A stretch of 64,000 nucleotides of DNA from Spirochaetia bacterium (GTDB lineage: Bacteria > Spirochaetota > Spirochaetia > DSM-27196 > Salinispiraceae): positions 64,001 to 128,000 of the forward strand of contig JBBRCZ010000002.1 of assembly GCA_038204425.1 (NCBI GenBank), written 5' to 3'. Shown here in pieces: positions 1 through 10,393 of this stretch. Both the position numbers and the translations under genes were made by a program. The notes beneath the pieces were generated by a model. The model was not told where the DNA came from, searched no databases, and worked only from the letters and a program-made list of their open reading frames with translations. Within the stretch, counting starts at the first letter, position 1, and every line of letters starts with the position of its first letter.

Positions 1-436
1 TAAGTTGGCCGCGCGCGTTTGCCTGGCCAAAGGCCTCCACTAAGGGTTGAGTAAAACAAGCGTAGGCCTTCCACAAGAGAGCTTCACCGCGTTTGCCAAG
101 GCCGCGCGCGTCGGCATTGGCCATGCGCGCCATATCTAAAAGCGGCTGCGAAAAAAGCCACAGTCCGGTGGCGCGCAGTTGGGTGCGTAAGTCGCCTTCT
201 GAGGCCCTAACTGAAGCAAAGATGCCTATTCGGTGGCGCTCCAAGTTACGCTCCATGACTTCCAAGTACAGTTCGTCTTTGCCACCCGGCACATAGTGGT
301 ACAAGGAGGCGTGGTGCAGGCCGAGAGTGGTGGCAATGTCACGTAGCGTCACCGAAGCATGCCCACGCAAAGAAAAAAGCTCTTCTGCCACATCGAGTAG
401 TTTTTCGCGTTTAATACCTTGGGTTCTGGGTGGCAT
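1..436 (-). CDS. TetR/AcrR family transcriptional regulator (3' end runs off the window)
   Basis: Not in the ORF track. Manual translation from ATG at 436 gives MPPRTQGIKREKLLDVAEELFSLRGHASVTLRDIATTLGLHHASLYHYVPGGKDELY, a classic TetR N-terminal HTH. Confidence 0.9.
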   Translation of the reverse strand, partial: MPPRTQGIKREKLLDVAEELFSLRGHASVTLRDIATTLGLHHASLYHYVPGGKDELYLEVMERNLERHRIGIFASVRASEGDLRTQLRATGLWLFSQPLLDMARMANADARGLGKRGEALLWKAYACFTQPLVEAFGQANARGQL

Positions 437-450
437 GCCTTATCCTTTTC

Positions 451-466
451 AACCAACTTGTTGGTT
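451..466. promoter_or_regulatory. Probable TetR autoregulatory operator
   Basis: Perfect inverted repeat AACCAAC-TT-GTTGGTT just downstream of a minus-strand TTGACG-N17-TAACCT promoter for the TetR gene. Confidence 0.65.
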
Positions 467-634
467 AAAGGTTAGAGATTGTTTAGTCTTTCGTCAAGCA
501 AATTTCTTCTTTTTTTGCGCTTTGGGCCACAAAGGCCATGGCAATCGATTTATGGCAAAATATTGGCCTTGCTATTCTATTCTTGAACATAGTCCCTTGC
601 TCATATAATATAGGTGTTTAACTAGGAGTATATT

Positions 635-3600
635 TTGTACAAGAGTGTGGACCCGAAGGTGAATTTCCCGGCCATGGAAGAAGCGATTTTGGCATTTTGG
701 GAAGAAGAAGGCATCTTCAAAAAGTCGCTTGAGCAGCGTCGCGGGCAAAAAGAGTTTGTGTTTTATGACGGACCGCCTTTTGCTACTGGCTTGCCACACT
801 TTGGACACTTTGTGCCTGGTACTATCAAAGATGTAATTCCTCGCTACATGACCATGAAGGGCAAGTTGGTGGAACGACGATTTGGTTGGGACTGTCATGG
901 CTTGCCGGTTGAGTACGAAGTAGAAAAAGCACTCAAAATATCCGGCAAGAGTCAAATTGAGGCCTTTGGGGTGGCTAATTTTAACGAAGAATGCCGTTCC
1001 ATAGTTCTACGCTATACGGGCGAATGGCAAAAAACCATCAATCGCATGGGGCGCTGGGTAGACTTTGACGATGACTACAAGACCATGGACCCAAGTTATA
1101 TGGAAACAATTTGGTGGGTATTTAAACGGTTGTGGGAAAAAGGTTTAATTTACGAGGGTGCCTATATTCTTCCCTATAGCCCGGCTCTGGCAACGCCTTT
1201 GTCCAACTTTGAGGTCAACCTTGGTGGCTACAAGGACGTCAATGATCCAGCCTTAACCGTACGCTTTAAGATTACCCAGACGGACCAAGGTTCAGCAATG
1301 GCGGGGCCCGACTACGATCAAGGTGGCAACGCTTACTTTTTGGCTTGGACAACTACGCCTTGGACTTTGCCCTCAAACCTCGGTTTGGCACTTGGACCTG
1401 AGCTCGACTATGTGGTGCTCAAAGATGGCGTTGATGTCTATATTTTGGCCCAAGAACGAATGCCTGTCTATTACAAAGCCGATGCCGAACATCAGCCAAC
1501 TATCTTGGCAGTTCTCAAAGGTAAGCAACTAAAAGGTTACACGTACCAAGCATTGTTTGGCTACTTTGAAGCACTGGCTGCTGAAGGTGCGTTTAAGGTT
1601 CATAACGCCGACTTTGTAACTACCAGCGATGGCACAGGTATTGTTCACTTGGCGCCAGGTTTTGGTGAAGACGACTACCACACGCTTAAGGCCACCGGTT
1701 TGCCAGCTATCTGTCCAATTGATGCTGAGTGCCGTTTTACCGAAGAAGTCAGTGACTACCAAGGTTTGTTTGTGAAGGACGCCGACAAGGCAATTATTAT
1801 ACGCCTCAAAGAAGAGGGCAAACTTGTCAGAAGAGATACCATCTTGCACTCCTATCCACATTGTTACCGCACTGGCGTGCCGCTCATCTATCGCGCAATC
1901 TCCAGTTGGTTTGTTAATGTAGAAAAGATCAAGCAGTCGATGATTGATGCCAACAAGCAAATCAACTGGGTGCCTGACCACCTCAAAAAAGGGCGCTTTG
2001 GCAAGTGGTTAGAAAACGCCCGTGAATGGGCGATAAGTCGCAACCGTTTTTGGGGCAACCCAATTCCTGTCTGGAAGTGCGATGGATCTGACTATAGCGA
2101 ATGCATTGGCTCCATCCAAGAACTGCAAGAAAAATCAGGCCAAGTTGTCACTGACTTGCACAAACACTTTGTTGATGAGATCACTTGGCCAAGCCCTGAT
2201 GGCAAAGGCACCATGCGCCGCGTTAGCGAGGTCTTGGACTGCTGGTTTGAATCTGGCGCCATGCCGTATGCCCAAAACCACTATCCCTTTGAGAATAAAG
2301 AACGTGTAGAGGCTTATTTGCCAGCTGATTTTATTTGTGAAAGTCTGGATCAAACACGTGGCTGGTTTTACACCTTAACCGTTTTAGCAGCGGCTCTTTT
2401 TGACAAGCCGGCCTTTACCAACGTAGTTTGTAGTGGCTTGGTCTTGGCCGAAGACGGTCGAAAAATGTCCAAGAGTGCCCGCAACTATACCGATCCCAAC
2501 AAAGTTATCGATAGCTTTGGAGCTGATGCCTTGCGTCTGTACTTGATGAATAGTGCCGTTACCCGCGCCGAGGATCTTAAATATTCTGACGACGGCGTCA
2601 AAGAAACACTCAAAAGTGTGCTCATCCCCTTATGGAACGCTTATAGCTTTTTTGTAACTTATGCCAATATCGACAAGTTTCAAAGTAGCGGCAATGCTTT
2701 TGAAGGCAATGCTTTACCCGATCACGCGCTTGATCGCTGGATACTGTCGCTTGGCGAAACCTTGCTGGCCGATGTCACGCGAGCCCTCGATGCAAACGAG
2801 GTCGAAAACGCCTGCAAACCCATCGTCAATTTTATAGATCAGCTCAATAACTGGTACATCAGGCGCAGCCGACGCCGTTTTTGGAAGAGTGAAAATGATA
2901 GTGACAAAACCCAAGCCTACGAGACCCTGCGCGAAGTGCTTTTGCGCCTTTCACTTATTGCAGCACCACTTATTCCCTTCATCAGTGAAGAGATGTACCG
3001 CAATCTCAAACTAGTTGGTATGAAAGAAAGCGTGCATCTTTGCGATTTTCCCCAAGCAATCGCTGGTCGCTTGGATAAGGAACTAGAACGTCGTATGGCC
3101 ATTACTCAGCAGGCGGTTAGCATGGGCCGTGCCCTGCGCAGTTTGCACAATCTCAAAACGCGGCAACCCTTGGCCGCGGTCTATTTGGTCACGCGGAACC
3201 AAAACGAACGAAAAGTTTTGCTAGAAATGGAAGACATAATCCGCGAGGAATTAAACGTCAAAGAAGTCATCTTTAGAGACAACGAAGAAGAACTTGTGGA
3301 ATATAGTGCCAAGCCCAATTTTAAGGTCTTGGGTTCTAAGCTCGGTAAGGATATGAAGGCCGCCGGAGAACTGATAGCCAAACTAAGTGGAGCTCAGATT
3401 CTGAGCTTAATGGAAGGCACAACGCTCAGTCTCGAGATTGGTGAGCGCAGCATAGAGCTTGACCTTGAGGCTATCTTGGTGCAACGCATAGAAAAGAAGG
3501 GTCTCAAGGTTCTCAACGAAGCCAGTCTTACGGTTGGCTTGGATCCGGTAGTGACCGACGAACTGCGACAAGAGGGCTTGGTGCGTGACTGTATCCGCGC

Positions 3601-3823
3601 AGTACAAAATCTGCGCAAAGAAAAAAACCTCGACGTCAGCGATCGCATAAGTTTGATTGTCCACAGTGCAAGCCAAGACATCAACCAAGCGCTCATTAAG
3701 CATCAGGACTACCTGTGCAGTGAGACCCTGTGCGAACGGTTTAGTCTAAGCACGCAATCTCAGGCCGACACCGTCCAACTTGGCGACGACAGTGCAAGTC
3801 TTAGCTTGGCCAAGGTCAAATAA
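635..3823 (+). CDS. ileS: Isoleucine--tRNA ligase (type 2)
   Basis: DGPPFATGLPHFGH (HIGH equivalent), WTTTPWTLPSN, KMSKS; 1062 aa; AGGAG before a TTG start. Confidence 0.98.
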   Translation: MYKSVDPKVNFPAMEEAILAFWEEEGIFKKSLEQRRGQKEFVFYDGPPFATGLPHFGHFVPGTIKDVIPRYMTMKGKLVERRFGWDCHGLPVEYEVEKALKISGKSQIEAFGVANFNEECRSIVLRYTGEWQKTINRMGRWVDFDDDYKTMDPSYMETIWWVFKRLWEKGLIYEGAYILPYSPALATPLSNFEVNLGGYKDVNDPALTVRFKITQTDQGSAMAGPDYDQGGNAYFLAWTTTPWTLPSNLGLALGPELDYVVLKDGVDVYILAQERMPVYYKADAEHQPTILAVLKGKQLKGYTYQALFGYFEALAAEGAFKVHNADFVTTSDGTGIVHLAPGFGEDDYHTLKATGLPAICPIDAECRFTEEVSDYQGLFVKDADKAIIIRLKEEGKLVRRDTILHSYPHCYRTGVPLIYRAISSWFVNVEKIKQSMIDANKQINWVPDHLKKGRFGKWLENAREWAISRNRFWGNPIPVWKCDGSDYSECIGSIQELQEKSGQVVTDLHKHFVDEITWPSPDGKGTMRRVSEVLDCWFESGAMPYAQNHYPFENKERVEAYLPADFICESLDQTRGWFYTLTVLAAALFDKPAFTNVVCSGLVLAEDGRKMSKSARNYTDPNKVIDSFGADALRLYLMNSAVTRAEDLKYSDDGVKETLKSVLIPLWNAYSFFVTYANIDKFQSSGNAFEGNALPDHALDRWILSLGETLLADVTRALDANEVENACKPIVNFIDQLNNWYIRRSRRRFWKSENDSDKTQAYETLREVLLRLSLIAAPLIPFISEEMYRNLKLVGMKESVHLCDFPQAIAGRLDKELERRMAITQQAVSMGRALRSLHNLKTRQPLAAVYLVTRNQNERKVLLEMEDIIREELNVKEVIFRDNEEELVEYSAKPNFKVLGSKLGKDMKAAGELIAKLSGAQILSLMEGTTLSLEIGERSIELDLEAILVQRIEKKGLKVLNEASLTVGLDPVVTDELRQEGLVRDCIRAVQNLRKEKNLDVSDRISLIVHSASQDINQALIKHQDYLCSETLCERFSLSTQSQADTVQLGDDSASLSLAKVK

Positions 3824-3824
3824 G

Positions 3825-5012
3825 GTGAGTTCTAAGCTGGCTTCATTGTTTCTGGCTAGGTGGCCCTTGGCGGTGGCCCTAGTCTTGGCCTTGTCTGGCT
3901 GTGCAAGTGTCAATTTGGCTCCCGATTTAATGCAAAGTTACGTTTTTGCCGATTTTGTGGCCGGCAGCGCAGCCAGTCAATCTAACCCAGACGCGACAAG
4001 TGCCCTAGCCTTGCCGGCGTTTGCTGGCACTGGTGATGCTCGTTTTGCCGACACCTATCTTTTTTTGCAACGCGACCAAGGCCCGGAGGTTTTTGATGGT
4101 TTGGCGGCCTTGTTGCTCGGCAAGCTTAGCCCCGACATCCTTGGGCGCATCAAGCAAGTTTTAGTCTACAGCCCAGCAAAGGCTGCTCAGACTGGCCACA
4201 ACTACCTGCAAGGAATAATAACAGGTGATTTTCCTCAAGGAATACTTTCGTTGGCTCTCAGTTCTCAAGCGTGGACCCAACGTAGCATTGAGGCAAGCGA
4301 TGCAAGCCGTATCAAAATATTTGAACAAAGTACCCAGCCAATAATATTAGCTGCTTTAAAAGACAATCTTATTGCTTTTTTGTATGCACCAAATAGACTT
4401 GCAGCATCAAGCAAGCAGCTGCAAGAGTTTGACACGGCACTAGACCTGCATGCAAAGCAGAGCTATGGATATTTTTCTAAGCCACAAATAGCGCTATTGA
4501 CCCAAGCAACTGCTCTGCCTGCAATTAGACGGGCCGAATCTCAGATTGTCCGAGCCAGCACTGGTTCCACGCCGACCGCAGTGCAGGAAACCTTTTTGTC
4601 CATCGCTGCTGGTGAAGCGCAAAAATCGCGCATGCTCGGCTTTGCTAGTTTTGCTCTTGGGCCAGAAGCTTTGGCGCGCGCCATACGACTAAGTATGGTG
4701 GCCGATGGAGCCAAAGAGAGAGAGCTTTTTACGCTGCGAATACATGCCTTGGCCCAGCAAGCTGGCCCAGATTCTTTGAGAACACTACGTACACGCTTGC
4801 GTTCTGCCTTGTTTGCTATTGCCAATCAGATGCAACTTGCTTCAGAAGTGCTTACGGCACTTCAGTTTAGTGAAGACCGCGGGCAGCTTGTTATAGACGG
4901 TTTACGCCTCAATCAGGCAGAATGTATAGCTTTGCTGGGACAGTTAATTAAGGTTTTGGCTCCGCAAGAAGCGCAGCTATCCCAGCCAAGTCAGTCCTTG
5001 GAGGTCAAGTAA
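3825..5012 (+). CDS. Hypothetical lipoprotein
   Basis: GTG start just after ileS; hydrophobic signal ending in lipobox LSGC; no recognisable domain. Confidence 0.7.
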   Translation: MSSKLASLFLARWPLAVALVLALSGCASVNLAPDLMQSYVFADFVAGSAASQSNPDATSALALPAFAGTGDARFADTYLFLQRDQGPEVFDGLAALLLGKLSPDILGRIKQVLVYSPAKAAQTGHNYLQGIITGDFPQGILSLALSSQAWTQRSIEASDASRIKIFEQSTQPIILAALKDNLIAFLYAPNRLAASSKQLQEFDTALDLHAKQSYGYFSKPQIALLTQATALPAIRRAESQIVRASTGSTPTAVQETFLSIAAGEAQKSRMLGFASFALGPEALARAIRLSMVADGAKERELFTLRIHALAQQAGPDSLRTLRTRLRSALFAIANQMQLASEVLTALQFSEDRGQLVIDGLRLNQAECIALLGQLIKVLAPQEAQLSQPSQSLEVK

Positions 5013-5014
5013 AC

Positions 5015-5635
5015 ATGGCAAAAAACCACACAATCGGTATTGTCGACTATGGGGCAGGCAACCTAAAGAGTGTCGAGCTGGCGCTTGCTCATTTGGGCTA
5101 CTCCTGGCTTACCTCAGGCGAGGCCAGCAAGCTTGCAAGTTGTGACAAACTAATAATCCCCGGTGATGGCCACGCCGGTTCGACCATGGAAGTGCTCAAC
5201 AAATCAGGACTGAGTGATTTTATTAAGTCCTACTACCAGTCAGGGCGCTGGATACTCGGTATCTGCATTGGCTGTCAGATAGTACTCGATGGTTCTGACG
5301 AAGCAGAAGTGGCCTGCCTTGGACTTATCCCCGGACGCTGTCACAAGCTGCCTGGCGGCCCGGGACTAAAAGTTCCTCACATGGGCTGGAATGTCTGTGT
5401 ACCTAAAAATGAGCACTTTGCTTTTAAGGGTGTGCCCAAGGAAGCCTCATTTTACTTTGTCCATTCCTACTACACCAAACCCGTTAGCAGTGATGATGTA
5501 ATCGGCATCAGTGACCACGGTATCGATTTTGCCTCAGCAATTGGGCGCGACAACTTGTTGGCCTTTCAGTTTCACCCCGAAAAATCTGGCCCATGGGGAC
5601 TCAAGCTTTTGGACAACTTTTTGGGGGCACAATAA
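5015..5635 (+). CDS. hisH: Imidazole glycerol phosphate synthase, glutaminase subunit
   Basis: DYGAGNL, GICIG (catalytic Cys), VPHMGWN, YFVHSY, QFHPEKS. Confidence 0.97.
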   Translation: MAKNHTIGIVDYGAGNLKSVELALAHLGYSWLTSGEASKLASCDKLIIPGDGHAGSTMEVLNKSGLSDFIKSYYQSGRWILGICIGCQIVLDGSDEAEVACLGLIPGRCHKLPGGPGLKVPHMGWNVCVPKNEHFAFKGVPKEASFYFVHSYYTKPVSSDDVIGISDHGIDFASAIGRDNLLAFQFHPEKSGPWGLKLLDNFLGAQ

Positions 5636-6402
5636 TGTTAGAAAAACGAATAGTAGTCTGCCTCGACGTCAAAGAAGGTAAAACAACCAAGGGCGTTAGG
5701 TTTAAAGACAATATTGAGCTTGGCGACCCGGTTGTCATGGCAAAAAACTACTACGATCAAGGTGTCGATGAGTTGGTTTTTTACGATATAACAGCCAGCG
5801 CCGAAAAACGCGGCATAATGATAGACGTGGTGCGACGCGTAGCCGAACAAATCTTTATTCCCTTTTGTGTGGGAGGCGGGATTGCCACCTTGCAAGATAT
5901 ACGCGCGGTCATTATGGCCGGTGCCGAAAAAGTTAGTCTCAACACCCAGGCTGTCAAAAACCCCCAGCTGATCAGTGAGGGGGCCTGGGCCTTTGGCAGT
6001 CAGGCTATAGTTTTGGGTATGGACGCCATAAAAGACCCAAGCTTCCCATCAGGTTACCGAGTAGTCGTCAATGGGGGGCGCACGCCAACCGAGCTTGACG
6101 CCCTAGCTTGGGCCTTAGAAGCCCAAAGACTTGGGGCAGGGGAGATAGTACTCAATTCCATCGATGCTGACGGAACACGAGAAGGCTATGAACTTACGAT
6201 TACGCGCCGGATATCAGAGGCAGTTAATATACCAGTAGTCGCCTCAGGTGGAGCAGGCCAGCCTAGTCACCTTGAGGAAGTACTCAGCACCGGAAAGGCT
6301 GACGCCGCACTCATCGCCAGTATGGTTCATTTTGGCGACTATACCATCGCTTCTATCAAAAAGGACCTGCATAGGGCGGGCGTCAACGTTAGAATGATTT
6401 AA
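5635..6402 (+). CDS. hisF: Imidazole glycerol phosphate synthase, cyclase subunit
   Basis: [45 protein letters not shown]; start overlaps the hisH stop. Confidence 0.97.
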   Translation: MLEKRIVVCLDVKEGKTTKGVRFKDNIELGDPVVMAKNYYDQGVDELVFYDITASAEKRGIMIDVVRRVAEQIFIPFCVGGGIATLQDIRAVIMAGAEKVSLNTQAVKNPQLISEGAWAFGSQAIVLGMDAIKDPSFPSGYRVVVNGGRTPTELDALAWALEAQRLGAGEIVLNSIDADGTREGYELTITRRISEAVNIPVVASGGAGQPSHLEEVLSTGKADAALIASMVHFGDYTIASIKKDLHRAGVNVRMI

Positions 6403-7085
6403 TAAAAAAAGCCTTAGTGGCCAAGAAAAATTCTGTTCGGTTTTGGACCCCATAGATTTTACAAATTGCATGGACTCGACGTTTTACTGCACTAAGGGAG
6501 AGGCCCATTGCAACGGCAACTTCTTTATATTCGTGACCCAAAAGCAAAATCTCTGCCACTTTTCTTTGTGAGACGCTCAGTTTTTTTTGGTCCAGTTCTG
6601 TCAGGTGCAATTTTTCTCTTGACCGTCCATCACCATCACTAGCGACAAAGCCGAGTACCACGGTATTAAAGTAAAAGACGATAGTCTGGGCTATGCTAAG
6701 ATAGAGTGGAACCGCTAAGACGGTACTTGCCACAAGATAGACAGCAAGCAGTGCAAGCAAGGTCAGATAAGTGAAATTTATCAATTCAAAGTTGTCATTG
6801 TACCAGGATTGGCCCAAGCAAAGTGCTGATAGGCTCCACAAGAAAAAGACAACTGGCGCAATCGCGCCGACACCCCAGGCAAGACATTGCCCTTGGCGAG
6901 CACTTCGATGGTGCTACGAAAAAAATGTACGTAGCTAGGCCAAGGGTAAAAAGTGACAAATAAGGTGAGTAACTTGGAAACTGCTCTTGATCGGCTTTCT
7001 TGGTAAAGCGAATATTGTACAACGAGAGCGTGCACAAGCCTACTATCGTGCACACGTCAATTAAAAAGCTTTGGGATTCGTCCAT
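6389..7085 (-). pseudogene. Membrane-anchored LuxR-type regulator split over two reading frames
   Basis: 7085-6795 encodes TM segments; an overlapping different frame (open from ~6913 to 6389) encodes more TM segments plus a LuxR HTH (LSVSQRKVAEILLLGHEYKEVAVAMGLSLSAVKRRVHAICK). Confidence 0.6.
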
Positions 7086-7183
7086 GCCCTACTAATACTC
7101 CAACAATGATTTATAGTTTTTTATGTGGATCGGGCCAAAAGTTATCCTGTGCAGATCGCAATTGAGCTCCTAAGATCATTCCC

Positions 7184-7757
7184 ATGAAGACAAAAAGAAA
7201 TCAAGAAGCAAGATTGCTAATCTACGGTATTGCTTGCATCACCCTGGTGCTGGCCCTTACGGCTTGTGTTTCCGATCAAGGGCAAGCCATACAAGCCGCC
7301 GTGTCAGAAATGGCTACTATTGAGTTTACCTCAGAACTGCTAGGCGAGTCGGAAAAAGCGCAACGAATTATCAGCGTGCTCTTGCCACCCTCTTACTATA
7401 TTGACGAACAAAAGCACTATCCAGTTGTCTACGCTTTGCGCGGATTGGGCTTCTTGTCCTGGCGCCCTTGATCCGCAAGATCTGCAATTGACAATTGATG
7501 ACTGGGACCAAAGCTTTCGCCTAGCTTACGGAGCTGCCTTTTCGCCAGATATGTCGATCGACTACCCTCATGCAAGAATGGTAACTTTTGACGGAAGTCC
7601 AGCAGACAATATTCTGATCCAACTTTGGCAAGACGGCTTTGGCGGAATTGAAAAAAAGATTGCCAACTATCAAGCAAAAAACCACAAGTTAAAAGGAATC
7701 CGTTTTGAATACACAACTGAGGATCCTTACGATTTTATTACCAGAGGCAAAAACTGA
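7184..7757 (+). pseudogene. Decayed lipoprotein esterase (alpha/beta-hydrolase) with frameshift and internal deletion
   Basis: Lipobox LTAC and esterase-type VLLPPSY...YPVVYAL, then a frame switch to C-terminal-type YGAAFSPD...IRFEY; no GxSxG nucleophile elbow in either frame. Confidence 0.6.
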
Positions 7758-7886
7758 GCTTTAGCGTTCAAAAGTGGATTAAAAGCGAAGGTCAGTTTTT
7801 GCCTCTGAGGCTTGCCGCTCAACGGCAATAAAATAGCTTGTGTCAGAAGTTGGCCTGACATTTGGGACACAACTAGCGAAATAAGC

Positions 7887-7940
7887 TTGAATTTGTCTCC
7901 ACCTGTGGGTAAAATTGTATCTGACCAGATCAGATCTGGT
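7887..7940 (+). promoter_or_regulatory. Sigma70 promoter and palindromic operator of the TA operon
   Basis: TTGAAT-N17-TAAAAT (7887-7915), followed by the perfect palindrome ACCAGATC-A-GATCTGGT (7924-7940). Confidence 0.7.
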
Positions 7941-7954
7941 TGGATGGGGTTGCT

Positions 7955-8191
7955 ATGATTGTAGATACTATTACCGAGGCCAAAGCGCATTTTTCTGCAC
8001 TCATAGAAAAAGTGCAACGTGGCGAAGAAATTGTTATCAAAAAAGCCGGGGTTCCGGTTGCGGTCATCCGGCCTTACACGGCACAAAACAGTGTGAGGAT
8101 ACCGGGAGCTCTGACCGGTAAGATAAAAATAGCGGCAGATTTTGATGATCTACCTCTGGAAATTGCAAATGCTTTTGGTATGGAGTCCTGA
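7955..8191 (+). CDS. Phd/YefM family antitoxin
   Basis: TITEAKAHFSALIEKVQRGEEIVIKKAGVPVA; C-terminal DFDDLP; directly upstream of a PIN toxin. Confidence 0.92.
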   Translation: MIVDTITEAKAHFSALIEKVQRGEEIVIKKAGVPVAVIRPYTAQNSVRIPGALTGKIKIAADFDDLPLEIANAFGMES

Positions 8192-8192
8192 G

Positions 8193-8564
8193 GTGAAGTT
8201 GTTGCTGGACACTCATATTCTGTTGTGGTGGTTGGCTGGTGACCCAGCTTTAACGCCAACCCAATGCATGGCAATTGAGGACAAGAGAAACTCCTGTTTT
8301 GTCAGTGCCGCCACAATTTGGGAAATCAGCATCAAGAGTGGTCTTGGTAAACTTTATGTGCCAAGTGAGTACCTTGAAGTACTCACGTCGCAAGGATTCT
8401 TCCAACTTCCCATTTCCTGGGCCCACTCTCAGGCTGTTAGCAAACTGCCAGTAATTCATAAAGATCCCTTTGACCGAATTTTGATTGCACAAGCACAAAT
8501 TGAAGGCATGACCTTGGTTTGTAACGATCCTTTGATTGCAAAGTACGAGGTTTTGGTTATTTAA
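8193..8564 (+). CDS. vapC: VapC/PIN domain toxin
   Basis: LLLDTHILLWW, SAATIWEISIK, HKDPFDRILIAQA; GTG start at 8193. Confidence 0.93.
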   Translation: MKLLLDTHILLWWLAGDPALTPTQCMAIEDKRNSCFVSAATIWEISIKSGLGKLYVPSEYLEVLTSQGFFQLPISWAHSQAVSKLPVIHKDPFDRILIAQAQIEGMTLVCNDPLIAKYEVLVI

Positions 8565-8719
8565 TTTTTTGATTTGGAGAACCTCGCGCAGAATGAATAA
8601 AGATAATTGCATATAGCACACGGGCAAAGTTTTTCTGGACTTGCCACTATAGGCAGATTGTGAGTATAGTAGTGGTGTAAAGTCTATATACAGTATGTCC
8701 TATATAGGAGTGAAAGACG

Positions 8720-8947
8720 ATGCCCTTCTACGATTATCAGTGTAGCCAATGCGGTCATGCTTTTGAGGAATTTCAGTCTATGTCTGATGCCTTGCTTGTA
8801 GACTGCCCGCAGTGCAAAAAAAGCTCACTTAAGCGCCTGATCGGTGGCGCCGGTGTAATCTTTAAAGGTAGCGGTTTTTATGTCAACGACAGCAAGCCCA
8901 GCCCAAGTAAAGAAAAGGCAACACCAAGCAAGAAGGAAAGCGCCTAA
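8720..8947 (+). CDS. FmdB family zinc-ribbon protein
   Basis: MPFYDYQCSQCGH...CPQC...IFKGSGFYVND. Confidence 0.9.
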   Translation: MPFYDYQCSQCGHAFEEFQSMSDALLVDCPQCKKSSLKRLIGGAGVIFKGSGFYVNDSKPSPSKEKATPSKKESA

Positions 8948-8966
8948 TGACTGCGCGGGGGCTAGC

Positions 8967-9284
8967 ATGGTAACTGAGGTGCTTGGCCACAGTTCAGCAG
9001 ATCTAGATAAGGATGTCTTGCTTGATGACGCAGCTCGCAAACTCAAAGTATGTGGGCACCCTGTCCGTCTTAAGTTGCTTTGCCTCATCAGTCATTCTGC
9101 TGACAGCTGTGTTTCTGAACTATGGGAATGCCTGCGTCAGCCACAACCAGTTATTTCACAGCACTTGGCTGTGCTCAAAGAAAATGCCATAGTTAAGTCG
9201 GAAGTCAAAGGAAACAAGCGCTGTTACTCTATCGTTGATAGTTTCGTGGCGGAGCTGGTGCGAGCCCTCGATCCTTGCAAATAA
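8967..9284 (+). CDS. ArsR/SmtB family transcriptional regulator
   Basis: HPVRLKLL, CVSELWECLRQPQPVISQHLAVLK, KRCYSI. Confidence 0.9.
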   Translation: MVTEVLGHSSADLDKDVLLDDAARKLKVCGHPVRLKLLCLISHSADSCVSELWECLRQPQPVISQHLAVLKENAIVKSEVKGNKRCYSIVDSFVAELVRALDPCK

Positions 9285-9325
9285 TCAAGCTTACGACCAA
9301 AAATCTTACAACAAACGGATAAAGC

Positions 9326-10393
9326 ATGATTCATTCACACGACTCAGTAATGGAAAATTTCAAGTGCAAGCTTGGTGTGTATCAGCCGCGCGAAGCCTTT
9401 GAACTAGACAATCACGATGCGCTTTGGATTAGTGACGAGTCGGTCTGGGCGGCACTAAATTCCAGTGCTGCACCGCAAGAACTGCGCGCTGCCCTGGCAA
9501 AGATTGATCAGCAGAGGCTGATTCTCCTTCCAAGCGGAGAGCAGTTTAAAACGTGGCAACAAGTCGAACGGATCCTCAATAAAGGATTTGAAAATGGTCT
9601 GGCACGAGATTCGGTAATGATAGGACTTGGCGGTGGTGTGGTGACTGATATTGCAGCTTTTGCCGCCTCATTGTACATGCGTGGTTGCAAACTAATCTTG
9701 TTGCCAACAACTGTTTTGGCTATGGTAGACGCTGCCTTTGGCGGCAAAACCGGGGTCAATTTTGGCGGCTACAAGAACATGGTTGGCAGTTTTTTTCCTG
9801 CAAACGAAGTAAGAGTAGTCCCAGAATTTGTGCAAACCCTGAGTGATCTCGAGTTTAAAAGTGGCTTGGCAGAAATCATCAAGGCGGCATTGCTCGACGA
9901 CAAACAACTCTTTGAGTATTTGTTAAACAACCAAGTTGCCATCCAAGCCCGCGATCTAGCCAGTTTAGAGCACATTATCTGGCAAGGTTTGATGGTTAAA
10001 GCGCGTATCGTCGAGTCAGATCTCAAAGAACAGTCAATCCGCGCCCACCTTAACTTAGGACACACTTTTGCCCACGGACTAGAGGCTGTTGCTGGATTTG
10101 GCAGCTGGACCCATGGAGAGGCGGTAGCCTGGGGCATCGTCAAAGCGCTGGAGCTTTCTGTCAGACTTGGTCTGGCCAAGCAAGCCTACCTTGCTCAAGT
10201 CAGAGACTTGATTGTGGCCTATGGCTTTCGCATCAAGGCCGACAACGTGGATGTCAATCAACTCATAAATGCAATGTTAATGGACAAAAAGAAAAAAGAT
10301 GGCCGCGTGCATTTTGTTTTGCAGCGTGGCCTGTGTGATACCTTTTTGTCAGTTGTCCAAAGCGACGATCTTTTAGCAGTTCTGCAAGCTTAA
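9326..10393 (+). CDS. aroB: 3-dehydroquinate synthase
   Basis: GLGGGVVTDIAAFAASLYMRG, PTTVLAMVDAAFGGKTGVN, LNLGHTFAH, HGEAV. Confidence 0.96.
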   Translation: MIHSHDSVMENFKCKLGVYQPREAFELDNHDALWISDESVWAALNSSAAPQELRAALAKIDQQRLILLPSGEQFKTWQQVERILNKGFENGLARDSVMIGLGGGVVTDIAAFAASLYMRGCKLILLPTTVLAMVDAAFGGKTGVNFGGYKNMVGSFFPANEVRVVPEFVQTLSDLEFKSGLAEIIKAALLDDKQLFEYLLNNQVAIQARDLASLEHIIWQGLMVKARIVESDLKEQSIRAHLNLGHTFAHGLEAVAGFGSWTHGEAVAWGIVKALELSVRLGLAKQAYLAQVRDLIVAYGFRIKADNVDVNQLINAMLMDKKKKDGRVHFVLQRGLCDTFLSVVQSDDLLAVLQA

